DNA of 37,546 nt from a virus. Lineage: Duplodnaviria > Caudoviricetes. The stretch is taken from IMG/VR virus record IMGVR_UViG_3300033076_000319, positions 1 to 37,546 of that record, one strand, 5' to 3'. The notes below the pieces were generated by a model, which saw nothing but the letters and a program-made list of their open reading frames with translations, was not told the DNA's origin and ran no database searches. Shown one piece after another: positions 16,504 through 26,649 of this stretch (positions are counted from its first letter, which is position 1; the number at the start of each line of letters is the position of its first letter). The position numbers and the translations under genes are program-made.

Positions 16504-17592
16504 TTACCAGTTACTTACAGATGCGCCAGATTGAGTAGCAATAGGCCCAGTTGCTTCACCTTTAGGTGCAGGCACCATGCCAGCTACACGCATACGTTCT
16601 TTAACAGCGTTCCAAGCCGCTTGACGTGTTTCTACAGGCAGGGTTGGGTCAGCAATTTGACCAATACCTGCCACAATGAAGTCGCGATCCGCGTTGGAAA
16701 TGCCAGCGCCCATCTTGCCGCCAAGCAAGTCTTGCGTAAGTTTGGATTCATAAGTTTTAAGCGCTGCAATAGCTTTAGCACCGCCTGTACTGATACCTAC
16801 AGAACGTGCTGCCAAGTCTGTACCTGCGCCAACAAAACTACCTGTGGACTTGCCGATAAGCTCTGAGATAGAGTCTTTACCAGTTTCAGGATCGTAACCA
16901 GCGGATTTAAGCGCTTTGACGTTAGCTTGAATGTCTTTAACAGGCGCAGTTAATTCTTCACCACGAGCTTTACCAAGCACTTTAGCTTCTTCAATACGAC
17001 CTTGAAGTTCAGGATTGTAAGCAAGGTCTTGACCACGACGCGCTGTAGCGGCGCTAATATCTTGACCACGCTTAGAAATTTCACCTTGAAAGCGTGTTTC
17101 AGCTTTAACACCCATATCAGTAAAGAATTGCTTACGTTGCGCCGCGTTCATTGGCATTACTTGTTGCAATAATGCTTGCGCTTGTGCAGGTTGAAGTTCG
17201 CCTTTTAGCACGCTATCTTCAATATGCGCTGTTACGTTGGCGTTAGAAGGGTTAAAAGTTAAGTTGGCGAACTGTTCACGTTGCACTTCTAATTGTTTAG
17301 CTTTAGTTTCGTAGCCTAATTTTTTACCTTCTAAAGCTGTTTTATTAAGTTCAGCCTGACTTTTTTCAAATTTCATACCTAAATCAGGTGAAATTTCGTA
17401 CATTTTTTGACGCGCTTCAGGCGATTTAATATCTACGCCCGATTTAATTAAGTCACGTAACGCGTTTTGTTCGTCAACGCTGCGGGTATATTCATTTAAC
17501 TTAGCGGCAGAAGCCATCATGTTAAGTTGGCTTTCAGGTGTAGGTAGTTGAACACCTTTAGCTTGTAAGGGGATATTTGGATCAATTGGCAT
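16504..17592 (-). CDS. DNA ejection / internal virion protein
   Basis: MPIDPNIPL start, RGQD repeats, GAGISNADR motif; synteny. Confidence 0.65.
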   Translation of the reverse strand: MPIDPNIPLQAKGVQLPTPESQLNMMASAAKLNEYTRSVDEQNALRDLIKSGVDIKSPEARQKMYEISPDLGMKFEKSQAELNKTALEGKKLGYETKAKQLEVQREQFANLTFNPSNANVTAHIEDSVLKGELQPAQAQALLQQVMPMNAAQRKQFFTDMGVKAETRFQGEISKRGQDISAATARRGQDLAYNPELQGRIEEAKVLGKARGEELTAPVKDIQANVKALKSAGYDPETGKDSISELIGKSTGSFVGAGTDLAARSVGISTGGAKAIAALKTYESKLTQDLLGGKMGAGISNADRDFIVAGIGQIADPTLPVETRQAAWNAVKERMRVAGMVPAPKGEATGPIATQSGASVSNW

Positions 17593-17601
17593 ATTTATTC
17601 C

Positions 17602-18402
17602 TTAAACTAAACCAAGTTCAGCGTTCATACCAGCGTAGCCTTCACCAGCGCCAAGGCCACTACTATTTGAACCAAAATAGCTACTACTTGGGCTGTTATA
17701 GGCAGATCGATTAATCAATTGATTCATTTGATATCCACCAATACCTTGACCAATAGCGTTGGCATAAGCATTAGCAGAACCAATTTGACCTGCGGCTTGA
17801 GCGTTAGCCGCGCCAGTAATGTTAGCCGCTTGTGAACTACCAAAAGAGCCTACGTTAGCTGCTTGATTACTTGCGCCTGCTTGACCGATGTTAGTCAAGA
17901 ATTTAAGTGGGTCTAACAAGTTATTACGGTTCATTTGAAACGTATTTTGAGCATTGGCATAGTTTTGCAAATAACGATTAAACGCAGCGCCGTACTCTTG
18001 TGAACCTTGCGCTTGCCCATAATCTTGACCTGCTTTAAGGGCGTTACCAGAAATCAAACCGCCTCTAGCCGCCGCAGTAGCGTTCATGGCGTTAAGACCT
18101 TGTTGTACGCGGAACTGGGTACCTGGGTCAGTATATTGATTGTAGCTAAATGGCGCGTAAGCAAACTCTTTAGTAGCCGCACCGCCAGGTTGGGTCATCT
18201 TAGATAACTGATTAACCGCAGTTGTACCTGCGGTTGTAAAAGGTTTTTGTAGCTCTAGCTGACGCTCTAATGCGGCGGCTTGCGCGTCCGTTGCTCTATT
18301 AGCTGCGTCGGCTTGCGTTTGTGCAGCGCTTTTAGACGCTTGGGACGTCAAATAACCGCCGACTACGGCGCCTCCTACAATGGCTGTTGCGACTCCAGAC
18401 AT
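17602..18402 (-). CDS. P22 gp7-like DNA transfer (pilot) protein
   Basis: Hydrophobic Gly/Ala N-terminus; DPGTQFR and AAARGGLISG motifs; Ala/Gln/Asn-rich. Confidence 0.75.
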   Translation of the reverse strand: MSGVATAIVGGAVVGGYLTSQASKSAAQTQADAANRATDAQAAALERQLELQKPFTTAGTTAVNQLSKMTQPGGAATKEFAYAPFSYNQYTDPGTQFRVQQGLNAMNATAAARGGLISGNALKAGQDYGQAQGSQEYGAAFNRYLQNYANAQNTFQMNRNNLLDPLKFLTNIGQAGASNQAANVGSFGSSQAANITGAANAQAAGQIGSANAYANAIGQGIGGYQMNQLINRSAYNSPSSSYFGSNSSGLGAGEGYAGMNAELGLV

Positions 18403-18403
18403 A

Positions 18404-19237
18404 TTAATTTCTCCTTATTGCTAGGCTTAACGCCTGACGGTAATCAATTGTGATTTCTTCACCCAAATTACCGCCTTTACAACCGACGATAGGCACAACT
18501 GCTACCAAGTTTACATCGCCATTATCTAACAAAATCATCTTGGCGTTGGGATTTTTTGCATGATTTGTAAATCTTCCTGCGGGCGTACGTTTGCCAGCGA
18601 TACGAGCAGGGGCAATTATTTCGCCCGCTTCAATATTTCCTGTGGCAAAAACACCCTTACCTTCAATATTTGAAGGCGCGACCATCATCTTGTAATTGCC
18701 ATACGGCATATCAATCTGATCGTCTAAATTCTGTACTTGCGCTTGCACTGTTTCTTGGTCAAAGCCGTATTCGGCAATAGCGGCGTAATAGTCTGCAATA
18801 TCTTCAGAATGGTCAAAAGACAGCAATAACTGTTGGTTTTTCTGACTTTCTTGCCAAGTAGCGCTTTTATCTAAAAACATGGCTTCTAGCTTTTCTACGT
18901 CAGTTTCATCTGTAGCGTAGACGTTTTGCCACACCATTGTTTCGTGGATATAGCCAATCTTGCGTCCTGGGCCTGCCACAAAGGTCTGCGGCGCTACTAG
19001 CTCAGTATGTGAGCCATCTTCGTTAACCATCGTTACGCGCCCTGCAAGCATGATATTGAGGTGCGTTGTAGTCTGACGATGACCAATTGAGAACGTATCC
19101 GCAGGGATTGTTACCTCACGAATATAGATTCCTGGGCCAAACCGATGCACTACAGGGCAGTCTGCCTGCGGTTGCTTTAAAAATTCAGCTTCTAAAGTCT
19201 GAATTTTTTGTTCTGTAATGGCTGTTAATTGCGTCAT
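18404..19237 (-). CDS. Cupin-like domain fused to a SET-domain (lysine methyltransferase-type) protein
   Basis: N-terminal HRFGPGIYIREVTIPA...GH....HLNI...G beta-barrel; C-terminal SNIEGKGVFA, GRFTNHAKNPN and GEEITIDY SET motifs. Confidence 0.85.
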   Translation of the reverse strand: MTQLTAITEQKIQTLEAEFLKQPQADCPVVHRFGPGIYIREVTIPADTFSIGHRQTTTHLNIMLAGRVTMVNEDGSHTELVAPQTFVAGPGRKIGYIHETMVWQNVYATDETDVEKLEAMFLDKSATWQESQKNQQLLLSFDHSEDIADYYAAIAEYGFDQETVQAQVQNLDDQIDMPYGNYKMMVAPSNIEGKGVFATGNIEAGEIIAPARIAGKRTPAGRFTNHAKNPNAKMILLDNGDVNLVAVVPIVGCKGGNLGEEITIDYRQALSLAIRRN

Positions 19238-20631
19238 TATTGTTGTACCTGTGTGACTTCTAATACTACCGCAGGTGCAGCGGGCGCAAAAGCGGTAGAG
19301 GCTACAGTGTCAATTGTTATGGCAGTGTCATCGGCGGCAAACATAATCTCTATATACTCATTAGCGGCTAAAGATACTGGTTGATTAACAGCGATAGGTA
19401 CATATCCGTTGTTAATGTTAATAGTCACTAACCGTGCAGAATTGGCAATATCGGTGCCATTTTTTCTAAACCAAACCCATACATTCTTAGCTGAAGTGTT
19501 ACCGCTAGTAATTTGTACTGTAGCGCTAAACTGATACAACCCAGACTGAGGAACGACAATTCTTGATGTAGGTGTACCGATTGTGACGCCGTTACTAATG
19601 CCCGTAGCGTCAAAAGTAAGCGCATAAGCAGTATTAATTACTGCTGGGGTTTGGTCAGAAGTTTTAGAAAACACCCCGTAATACTGCATTTGAGTAATGG
19701 TTGGGCGTACAAATATAACGCCGTTTGTAGCGTCTGATTCTATGCAAGCAGCGATAGGAATGACATTATCAGGCGCCGTAGGTTTTACATTAGTTAGTTC
19801 ACCAGCTACGCTAGGAGATACGTATAAAACATCGCCTTGGGTAAAAGCGCTAGTATCTACCCCACGTACAAAACCCCAAGTGGTGCAATATCCTTTATCC
19901 CCTGAGTCGGGTAAGTCATGGGTCATAATGCCCAAGATATATAAGCTTGGGGATGACCCATCTGCTAGGTAAGGCGCCACGTTTAAAGCGTCAGTCGTAG
20001 CCCCAACAAAGCCCACCGCCGCTCCGTTGGGGATAGTAACGCCTGTATTGTTCTGAACGCGGGCGTAGGTTTCTTGCCCTACTTGTTGAATAACGCCGTA
20101 TTCTTGGTCTATCTCAAGCGTTTGGTCTACATCGTTCCAGTTAACACGTCCGATTTGATGAGTAACAGTAACGCTAGTATCAAAGTCAATATAAGTCGGC
20201 GTTTGAATGGGGCCAGTAAGCCCAGACATAGATGTAATGTCAGAGTTAGCCCCTGACTTAGCGGCGCTTAAGTTAGCTCTAGCGTCAGTAGCGTTATCAG
20301 CACCTGTACCGCCATTGACTATAGGCAAGACACCATCAAAAGCTACTTCAATCGTGCCATGACCATTGGTGATGCCAATGTTTTGACCTGGTGTTAGGGT
20401 GTTCTTGTTAAGCGTATTGCCTATGCTATTACCGATCAGCAGTTGACCATCGGTGTAGCTAGTCTGACCTGTGCCACCACGGTTGACAGGTACACCGCCA
20501 TCGCCGCCGCTGCCTGTAAAGCTAAATAAGTTGTAGAAAAAACGATACCAAGCAGGCGTAACATCACCTGTGTTTTCATCAAACAACGGCGTTCTAGGCG
20601 CTGGGATCTTGGTGATGTCAGGAAGTGCCAT
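19237..20631 (-). CDS. Tail needle / fibre-like protein with C-terminal C1q/TNF-like knob
   Basis: TPAWYRFF N-terminus in the gp26 slot; GGTG fibre motifs; C-terminal VPQSGLYQFSATVQ...SLAANEYIEI. Confidence 0.6.
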   Translation of the reverse strand: MALPDITKIPAPRTPLFDENTGDVTPAWYRFFYNLFSFTGSGGDGGVPVNRGGTGQTSYTDGQLLIGNSIGNTLNKNTLTPGQNIGITNGHGTIEVAFDGVLPIVNGGTGADNATDARANLSAAKSGANSDITSMSGLTGPIQTPTYIDFDTSVTVTHQIGRVNWNDVDQTLEIDQEYGVIQQVGQETYARVQNNTGVTIPNGAAVGFVGATTDALNVAPYLADGSSPSLYILGIMTHDLPDSGDKGYCTTWGFVRGVDTSAFTQGDVLYVSPSVAGELTNVKPTAPDNVIPIAACIESDATNGVIFVRPTITQMQYYGVFSKTSDQTPAVINTAYALTFDATGISNGVTIGTPTSRIVVPQSGLYQFSATVQITSGNTSAKNVWVWFRKNGTDIANSARLVTININNGYVPIAVNQPVSLAANEYIEIMFAADDTAITIDTVASTAFAPAAPAVVLEVTQVQQ

Positions 20632-22205
20632 TATCTGCTAGTCGGGCTTACAATAAGGTTAGCACCTGTAATAACGATCTTTACAGGATCAGTGCCAGAC
20701 ACTTCATAGACACGGTCGCGCAACTTCAGCGTCATGCCAAGACGACGCCAAAACGCTCTAAAGCCATATTGACCAATACGGCCCATTTGAGTCCAATGTT
20801 CACTTGACCACGTATGACCGCCATCGTCAGACCAACGAAGCATCGCTTCTGGATTTTCACCTTGTCCATCAGCAGTTCCAGAAGGAACGGTAGTCATAGA
20901 AAAGATTAAATAGTCGCCTGAATTAGTTACGACATTATTTACGGTTGAGCTATATATGTCTGTTACAGCAAAGAAAGCAATAGTAGGGTCGCTAGTTGGG
21001 CCTAAGTTTAAGCCTACGCCTGATTCGCACATTAATTGCAAACCATGTTGAGCCGTACGATTAAGGTTGTTTTGGTTCTCAGGAATAGGACGCCAAGAGC
21101 GTAACCACTTTTGCGTATCGCCATTATCAGCGTATACATCTAAATCAAAAGCGTATAAATTGCCATTTTCATAGTCACCTACGATGGTTTGGCTATCAAA
21201 GCTCATTTGGCATTGGCTACGATGGCGGGTAAAGCTACCGTTTTCCCAGCTAGCACGTTCGTGCCAAGCTCCTGTAGATACGTCATATACCCAAGTCTTG
21301 CCAGCAGTCGGAAACGCTATTACATAGAACGCATGACCTTCTTGCTGATAAGTGTAGGCAACAGCGTCAGAAACGTCACCATACTGCTGAATAGCATACT
21401 CAATGGCATGAGTAGAGATACGTTTGCCTGTGTAGCCTTGGTTGCGATAAACGATGCCATAGCCCCGTGGATCAGCGCCAAGCCAAAATAGGCTGTTATC
21501 TAGCTTGCAAATAGATGATTTGGCAATACAGCCAATTTCGTTATAAGCGCCTTGAATTGGAGCTAAAGGAAACGGTGTAGTGGCGGCGTCATACCAAACT
21601 TCAGTAGTGCCTGTACCAAAAACCCATACTTCACGGTTATTAGATACCACGGCTACCACTTCGTCAGGCGTACTTTCAGCAGCCGCAAAAGCTAATGGGT
21701 TAATCGACGTGCCATCAAAAATGCCGGTAACCCAGATAATCTGTGTTCCTGGCTGATTGAAAGCAAAGTAACCGTCAATGTAGCAAACGGTTTCAGCGCC
21801 AAAGAAGTCAGGGTCGGTAATTTCAACAAACGTATTGGTTGGCTCGGTGTAAACGTACGCTTTAGCACCACAAGCGATAAATATTTGCGTACCGTTATCG
21901 GCAATAGACACGGGGCCAGTACCGCTAATATTGCCTAATTTAGTAGCAGTAAAGTCAGGCAAAATTTTATAAAATTCATTGCCTGATGCTACATAGGCGT
22001 CTACGCCGTTGGTTGTATGCGTCCAAAGCCCACGGATCGGGCCAGTGCCAACGGTAGTAATTTTACGCAAGCCTGGGGCGCGATTAAGAAACCCACCTGT
22101 ATAGCCATTTTCGGGGACGGCTTCAGGAAATAGGTTAATCATGCGGTTATCCGCTGCATTAACACTTCGAGCTACATACGCTTGTCCTAAGATGGGCGTT
22201 AGCAT
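20631..22205 (-). CDS. P22 gp10-like packaged-DNA stabilisation / tail hub protein (start revised to 22205)
   Basis: INLFPE, SIADNG, DGYF, FGTGTTEVW, LRWSDDGGHTWS and WRRLG motifs. Confidence 0.85.
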   Translation of the reverse strand: MLTPILGQAYVARSVNAADNRMINLFPEAVPENGYTGGFLNRAPGLRKITTVGTGPIRGLWTHTTNGVDAYVASGNEFYKILPDFTATKLGNISGTGPVSIADNGTQIFIACGAKAYVYTEPTNTFVEITDPDFFGAETVCYIDGYFAFNQPGTQIIWVTGIFDGTSINPLAFAAAESTPDEVVAVVSNNREVWVFGTGTTEVWYDAATTPFPLAPIQGAYNEIGCIAKSSICKLDNSLFWLGADPRGYGIVYRNQGYTGKRISTHAIEYAIQQYGDVSDAVAYTYQQEGHAFYVIAFPTAGKTWVYDVSTGAWHERASWENGSFTRHRSQCQMSFDSQTIVGDYENGNLYAFDLDVYADNGDTQKWLRSWRPIPENQNNLNRTAQHGLQLMCESGVGLNLGPTSDPTIAFFAVTDIYSSTVNNVVTNSGDYLIFSMTTVPSGTADGQGENPEAMLRWSDDGGHTWSSEHWTQMGRIGQYGFRAFWRRLGMTLKLRDRVYEVSGTDPVKIVITGANLIVSPTSR

Positions 22206-22216
22206 ATTAAACCCCT

Positions 22217-22906
22217 TTAGACATAAGACGGATACCACTTAGTTGTAGTGGCATCAAACGTAAAAGTTAATGCCCGACTAACTACAGCGGTGCCTGCAAG
22301 AGCAATATTGCCTGCGGTTGTCCAAGTAAAAGCGCCTGTAGGGATAAAGGTGATTGTGCCTCCAGTAGTCGAAATAGGCGCAGGTGCAGTAATTGTTACG
22401 ATGGCAGCGGTGCCTGAAATAATGGTAACTGGCGCTGTAGGCGCAATCGTAGCGGCTGAAGCAATTGTTCCTGCAACCGCAGTATTGGCAATCAAGCCTG
22501 AAACAAGCGATGTTGCACTAGCGGCACCTAGAATTGGGGTTACTAATGTAGGGCTTGTAGCAAACACCAAAGCACCTGAGCCTGTTTCACCTGTTACAGC
22601 GGCGGCTAAGTTAGCCGAAGAAGGTGTGCCTAAGAATGTAGCAACGCCTGCACCTAAACTGCTAATCCCAGTGCCGCCGTTGCCAACTGGCAAAACACCA
22701 GAAACGCCTGTAGTTAAGGGTAGCCCTGTGCAATTAGTAAGAGTGCCAGAGGAAGGTGTACCAAGCGCAGGGGTAGTTAAAGTAGCGTTTGTAAATAAAG
22801 TATTAACAGATAATTGTTTAGTGATAACACCTTGCTGAACAGGTATTGCATCGCCCGCAGATGCTGAAGCAGCTACTGGTAGTTGAGATATGGTTACGTT
22901 TGACAT
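22217..22906 (-). CDS. Short fibre / decoration-like virion protein
   Basis: ISQLP N-terminus; TPALGTPSSGTLTNCTGLP and LVFATSPTLVTP fibre motifs. Confidence 0.55.
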   Translation of the reverse strand: MSNVTISQLPVAASASAGDAIPVQQGVITKQLSVNTLFTNATLTTPALGTPSSGTLTNCTGLPLTTGVSGVLPVGNGGTGISSLGAGVATFLGTPSSANLAAAVTGETGSGALVFATSPTLVTPILGAASATSLVSGLIANTAVAGTIASAATIAPTAPVTIISGTAAIVTITAPAPISTTGGTITFIPTGAFTWTTAGNIALAGTAVVSRALTFTFDATTTKWYPSYV

Positions 22907-22914
22907 AGTTAATC

Positions 22915-23625
22915 CTAGTAATTACCGGCAAAGATGTTAAAGCGCTGACGAGTCGCTACGATGCTGTAAGGCAGAGCCATAATGTCGTCAGGATTATTGA
23001 TACGCTTGAGATTGCGCTTAGAAGTCATAGCAATACGAGCCACATTCGGTGGCGGCTCGATACCGAACTCTGTAGCGATCTCACACGCTAAATTGTATTT
23101 AAATGCTCTTAAATAGCCTGGTGGCATATAAATGTCAGTAGATAAGCTAGGTACGCTCATCAATTCTTGTACCGACACAATATGAAACTCAAGCAGTTTG
23201 GTAGGGACGGGATAAACCGTCATGGTGATATTAGGGAAGTCCATGTTTACCCACATCACTTGTGGATAAGTAGAAGTCACCGTTTTAACCGCAATACCAT
23301 CATATTGCTGCTGATTAATCAGTTTGATGCCAAACGAGATGTTATTAGCAGGATCACGGAAATAAGACGCATCATCTACCAAAATAGGACGGTTGCCGAC
23401 AAAATCGCCTGTCGGGCCTAAAGTCCTAGTTCTTTGGTTAGGCGTCCACATACAGATTTGATCTTGCGTGGCAAAGACAGATAAACGCTCAGTATTCCAT
23501 GAGTCGATCATCTGGTTTAATGCTTGTAAAGCGTCTTGAGAAGTAGCAGCAGACGGCGTTTCGCCTTCAGCCAAGATACCTAATACACGCAACGCGCCGT
23601 TAATTTGATCGTTGGCTGTGGTCAT
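22915..23625 (-). CDS. P22 gp4-like head-to-tail adaptor
   Basis: INGALRVLG...DALQALNQMIDSW; PPGYLRAFKYNLA. Confidence 0.75.
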   Translation of the reverse strand: MTTANDQINGALRVLGILAEGETPSAATSQDALQALNQMIDSWNTERLSVFATQDQICMWTPNQRTRTLGPTGDFVGNRPILVDDASYFRDPANNISFGIKLINQQQYDGIAVKTVTSTYPQVMWVNMDFPNITMTVYPVPTKLLEFHIVSVQELMSVPSLSTDIYMPPGYLRAFKYNLACEIATEFGIEPPPNVARIAMTSKRNLKRINNPDDIMALPYSIVATRQRFNIFAGNY

Positions 23626-23637
23626 TGCTACCCCTTA

Positions 23638-23859
23638 TTAAGCAAGTTTACGTCGTGTCTTTTTTAATGTGTTTACAACGGGTGCTTCCTCAGCAACCAT
23701 TTCGATTGCAGGTTCTTCTGCAATTTCGACCACTTCAGCGCTCAAGGCTGGTGTGTCTACATTATAGCGTTCCCATCCATTTTGTTCATCATTTTCTGCT
23801 TCTAAATCCATAGTAGCAATTTTGGTGCCATGAACAGGGTGTTTTAAATAGATTGTCAT
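23638..23859 (-). CDS. Hypothetical virion-module protein (73 aa)
   Basis: YLKHPVHG...GW motif, acidic middle, basic tail; within the operon. Confidence 0.65.
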   Translation of the reverse strand: MTIYLKHPVHGTKIATMDLEAENDEQNGWERYNVDTPALSAEVVEIAEEPAIEMVAEEAPVVNTLKKTRRKLA

Positions 23860-23874
23860 TTTTTCTTTATTTAG

Positions 23875-23903
23875 ATAGGGGGCTAGACGCCCCCTATGTT
23901 TTT
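23875..23903. terminator. Hairpin with U-tract on the plus strand
   Basis: ATAGGGGGC-TAGAC-GCCCCCTAT-GTTTTT. Confidence 0.5.
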
Positions 23904-24141
23904 AGCCGATTAGCCAGTTTGTGCCGTTACAGAACACAGGTACTACAGTACTACCACCAGCAGCCACAGTAGCGCCGATTCCTGCCGTGTAAGACGCAGC
24001 GTTTGAATCAGTTACTACAGCACGAGTTCCAATTAAAGCACTGGAAGCTGTTGGCAATTGAGCTACAGTGTAAGTTTTATACTGAACCGAATCAACAAAC
24101 GGATCAGAATAAGCAACACCAATAGGTTTGTTATTTGCCAT
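23902..24141 (-). CDS. Small capsid-associated / fibre-like protein
   Basis: YTVAQLPTA...VPVFCNGTNWLIG; AAGGA RBS. Confidence 0.6.
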   Translation of the reverse strand: MANNKPIGVAYSDPFVDSVQYKTYTVAQLPTASSALIGTRAVVTDSNAASYTAGIGATVAAGGSTVVPVFCNGTNWLIG

Positions 24142-24152
24142 GATTTTTCCTT

Positions 24153-24176
24153 AAAAGACCCGCCCCGAAGGGCGGG
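24153..24176 (-). terminator. Intrinsic terminator with cUUCGg tetraloop
   Basis: Minus strand CCCGCCC-TTCG-GGGCGGG-TCTTTT. Confidence 0.75.
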
Positions 24177-24184
24177 ATATTACA

Positions 24185-24580
24185 TTAAGCAATACGATAC
24201 AAAGTCCAAGTAGTATCGCCAGTTTTGCGGGCGCGGAATTGACCTGAAGTAGATTCAAGAACAATAGCGCTGCCAACAATAGTCCAGCCTGTACCAACTG
24301 CAAAAGTCACTTGGTATGAAGCGTCTACGTTTACAACTGCAAAGTCAAAAGCGCTGTTTACTTTAGCGCTGCTAACAGTTGCTTCTAGCAAAGCTACAGT
24401 AGGCAAAGTCGCAGTAATGTCTGCTGATGAGTCAACTGTAAACAAGCCATTAGCTAGCTGTGCTGCGGTCAAAGTTACGTCAGCCGATAAAGCTGTTGGT
24501 GCTGCTTGTACGCTTAATAGCGCCTCGGTTAAATTACCATCACCTACTTGATAACCACCTGCTCCGTTTGGAAGTGCCAT
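24185..24580 (-). CDS. Putative capsid decoration protein
   Basis: 131 aa, beta-rich, immediately after the coat gene; AAGGA RBS. Confidence 0.6.
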   Translation of the reverse strand: MALPNGAGGYQVGDGNLTEALLSVQAAPTALSADVTLTAAQLANGLFTVDSSADITATLPTVALLEATVSSAKVNSAFDFAVVNVDASYQVTFAVGTGWTIVGSAIVLESTSGQFRARKTGDTTWTLYRIA

Positions 24581-24604
24581 GATATTAATTCCTTAAAAAA
24601 TGTT

Positions 24605-24629
24605 AAAAAGCCCCCGCTTGCGCGGGAGC
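24605..24629 (-). terminator. Intrinsic terminator after the major capsid gene (GCAA tetraloop)
   Basis: Minus strand GCTCCCGC-GCAA-GCGGGGGC-TTTTT. Confidence 0.75.
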
Positions 24630-24637
24630 GTTTAGGT

Positions 24638-25840
24638 TTAGCCCCAGATACGGCAACCCATTTGTGGACGGATTGTGCTGTAACCGTACAGAACGTCAAT
24701 ACGGCAAGGCAAACGGTCGTTATTAATGTCGTACTGACGTACAACACGCATAGAGATACCGTTGTGAACTTGGCGAGAAGCCATGTCAACGCCTTGTGGC
24801 AACAACAAGTCAGCAGTCGCAAATGTGATCGCATCTTTGTGGTAAACCAAGTTTTGAGCGTACTGACCATTAGCAGAACCCAACATAGTTACAGTTTTAC
24901 CTGCAACTGGGAAGCTGTCTACAGTAGCCAAGGCATTGCTTGATGTGTAGATGGCAGGAGAAATGCTCAAAGTAGCTGTGGAAGAACCAGTTGCTACAGC
25001 AGTTACGGTGAACTGTTGCAAGCTACCTGTTGACTCACGTGTTTGTGGGTTAACAGCATAGCAATCAGCGATAGTGAACACGTCACCAACGTTCCAAGTT
25101 TTGCTAGAGCCAGTGAAGCTAATACCAAGAGTAGCTTGACCTTGAGTAGCAACCGTAGTGGTAACAGTGATACCTGTACCCCAGTCGCCGTTGGTGTGTT
25201 GCTTGATAGATTGGCTCATGTTAACTTCGTCGAAGCCCAATACACCCATACCCATCATGCCATTCTTAAATTGACGGCTGATTGTATCTGTTGGGTTAAA
25301 CAGACCTTTCATACCTTCAACCAAGCCAGCGTTAGCTGCTGGGTTAACAGTAGCGTAGCGTGGTGACATCACAGCAGCGTTTTCGTTCAACTTCTGTTGA
25401 GCTTGTAAAAGCACTAAAGAAGTAGAAGGAGTTGTGCCAGGAGTACCAACAGAGCTATAAATAGACTTGTAGCTGTTTGCTACGTCAGCGTCGATAGAAG
25501 AAGCCAACTGAGAGATACGTGGTTTCAATACACGCTCAGCAAAGTCATCTAACTGCATTGTCAATTCAGCAGAGGTGAAGTTAACACCAATGTGCTTTTG
25601 TGACGCTACAGTCAAAGTTGTGTACTGTTCGTTGTCGTCTTGAACTTGCAAGGCGGCACCGTCAGTTACCAAAGCGCGGTCTGGTAGGCGGATACGGAGA
25701 GTAGAACCAATTTTTGCGCCTTCAACAGCGAAAGAATCGTCATACTGGCGGTTTACGTTACGTGTTAGAACAAGATTATTCTCAAGGATCTCAAGAGCCT
25801 TGCGAGTAATCATGTCAATCGTTAAGATCGAGTTAGACAT
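24638..25840 (-). CDS. Major capsid protein, P22 gp5-like
   Basis: NVNRQYDDSF...KIGSTLRIRLP; GDVFTIA insertion; C-terminal RIDVLYG; follows the scaffold gene. Confidence 0.92.
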   Translation of the reverse strand: MSNSILTIDMITRKALEILENNLVLTRNVNRQYDDSFAVEGAKIGSTLRIRLPDRALVTDGAALQVQDDNEQYTTLTVASQKHIGVNFTSAELTMQLDDFAERVLKPRISQLASSIDADVANSYKSIYSSVGTPGTTPSTSLVLLQAQQKLNENAAVMSPRYATVNPAANAGLVEGMKGLFNPTDTISRQFKNGMMGMGVLGFDEVNMSQSIKQHTNGDWGTGITVTTTVATQGQATLGISFTGSSKTWNVGDVFTIADCYAVNPQTRESTGSLQQFTVTAVATGSSTATLSISPAIYTSSNALATVDSFPVAGKTVTMLGSANGQYAQNLVYHKDAITFATADLLLPQGVDMASRQVHNGISMRVVRQYDINNDRLPCRIDVLYGYSTIRPQMGCRIWG

Positions 25841-25863
25841 TATAGTTTCCTAATAAAAAATAG

Positions 25864-26649
25864 TTAGCGGTTTCTCTGCGCTTCCCACTTCCTGATCTGG
25901 CGTTGGCGTTCAGCTTCAATCCACTCTGACGTACTCATGCTCTTAATAGAGCGAGGATCAGTCGTGTCTGTTGCTGGCGATCCAGTGGATCTCGCCGTGA
26001 CCGGAGCAATTGGTGCTGGAGCGCTCGAAGTCTTTTTTACAACGGGATTATCGACTAACTTAGCCTCGATTTTCCCTAATTCTTTAGCCTGCGAAAGTGG
26101 CGATAAACGAGAAATACGCTCGGCTTCTTTTGGATTAGACCCTAGGTAATAAGCCATATCGGGGCCAACCTCGGAAGCTTGGATCGTCTGAGCCATTTCA
26201 TTAGTGATTGGAAGTTTAGGGTTATAGGCGACTTGTTCAAAATCGTCGTATTTATTCCTAGCTTCTTCCTCACGCTCGTGAAAAGACTCAAGAAGTTCGG
26301 CTTGCCGTTTAGCTTCTTCACGCCTTGCGATTAGCTCTTGGGCCTTACGCTCAGCCAATAAATCGGCGTATTGCTCAGGATCCATGCTATCGGCAGGCGG
26401 GAGTTCGGCTGAAACTGCTTGCTTGGCTTGCATTTCTGCTTGCTTTGCGGCCTGTTCTCTTTCCCACTTACGTTGTTCTCTAGCAAGTCGTTTGCCAATA
26501 GCCGCGTCTAGTTCTTCTTGTGTGAAGGTCTTGGACTCAACTGCTGACTCTACTGCTTCCGGCGCTGTTACTTCAGGTTCAGGTGCAGCCGTTGCCACCT
26601 GCTCTGGCGCGGATACTTCCGCTGGTACTACTTCTTGACTTTCGTCCAT
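25864..26649 (-). CDS. Capsid scaffolding protein
   Basis: Acidic coiled coil; FTQEELD, GPDMAYYLGSNP, APAPIAPV and MSTSEWI motifs; upstream of coat. Confidence 0.85.
   Translation of the reverse strand: MDESQEVVPAEVSAPEQVATAAPEPEVTAPEAVESAVESKTFTQEELDAAIGKRLAREQRKWEREQAAKQAEMQAKQAVSAELPPADSMDPEQYADLLAERKAQELIARREEAKRQAELLESFHEREEEARNKYDDFEQVAYNPKLPITNEMAQTIQASEVGPDMAYYLGSNPKEAERISRLSPLSQAKELGKIEAKLVDNPVVKKTSSAPAPIAPVTARSTGSPATDTTDPRSIKSMSTSEWIEAERQRQIRKWEAQRNR

Noticed and set aside
22248-22838. 196-aa plus-strand ORF, and similar antisense ORFs (136..513, 3202..3561, 15384..15800, 16456..16866, 24548..24943, 29947..30366)
   Set aside because: Shadow frames of well-supported minus-strand genes, with no RBS or recognisable motifs.
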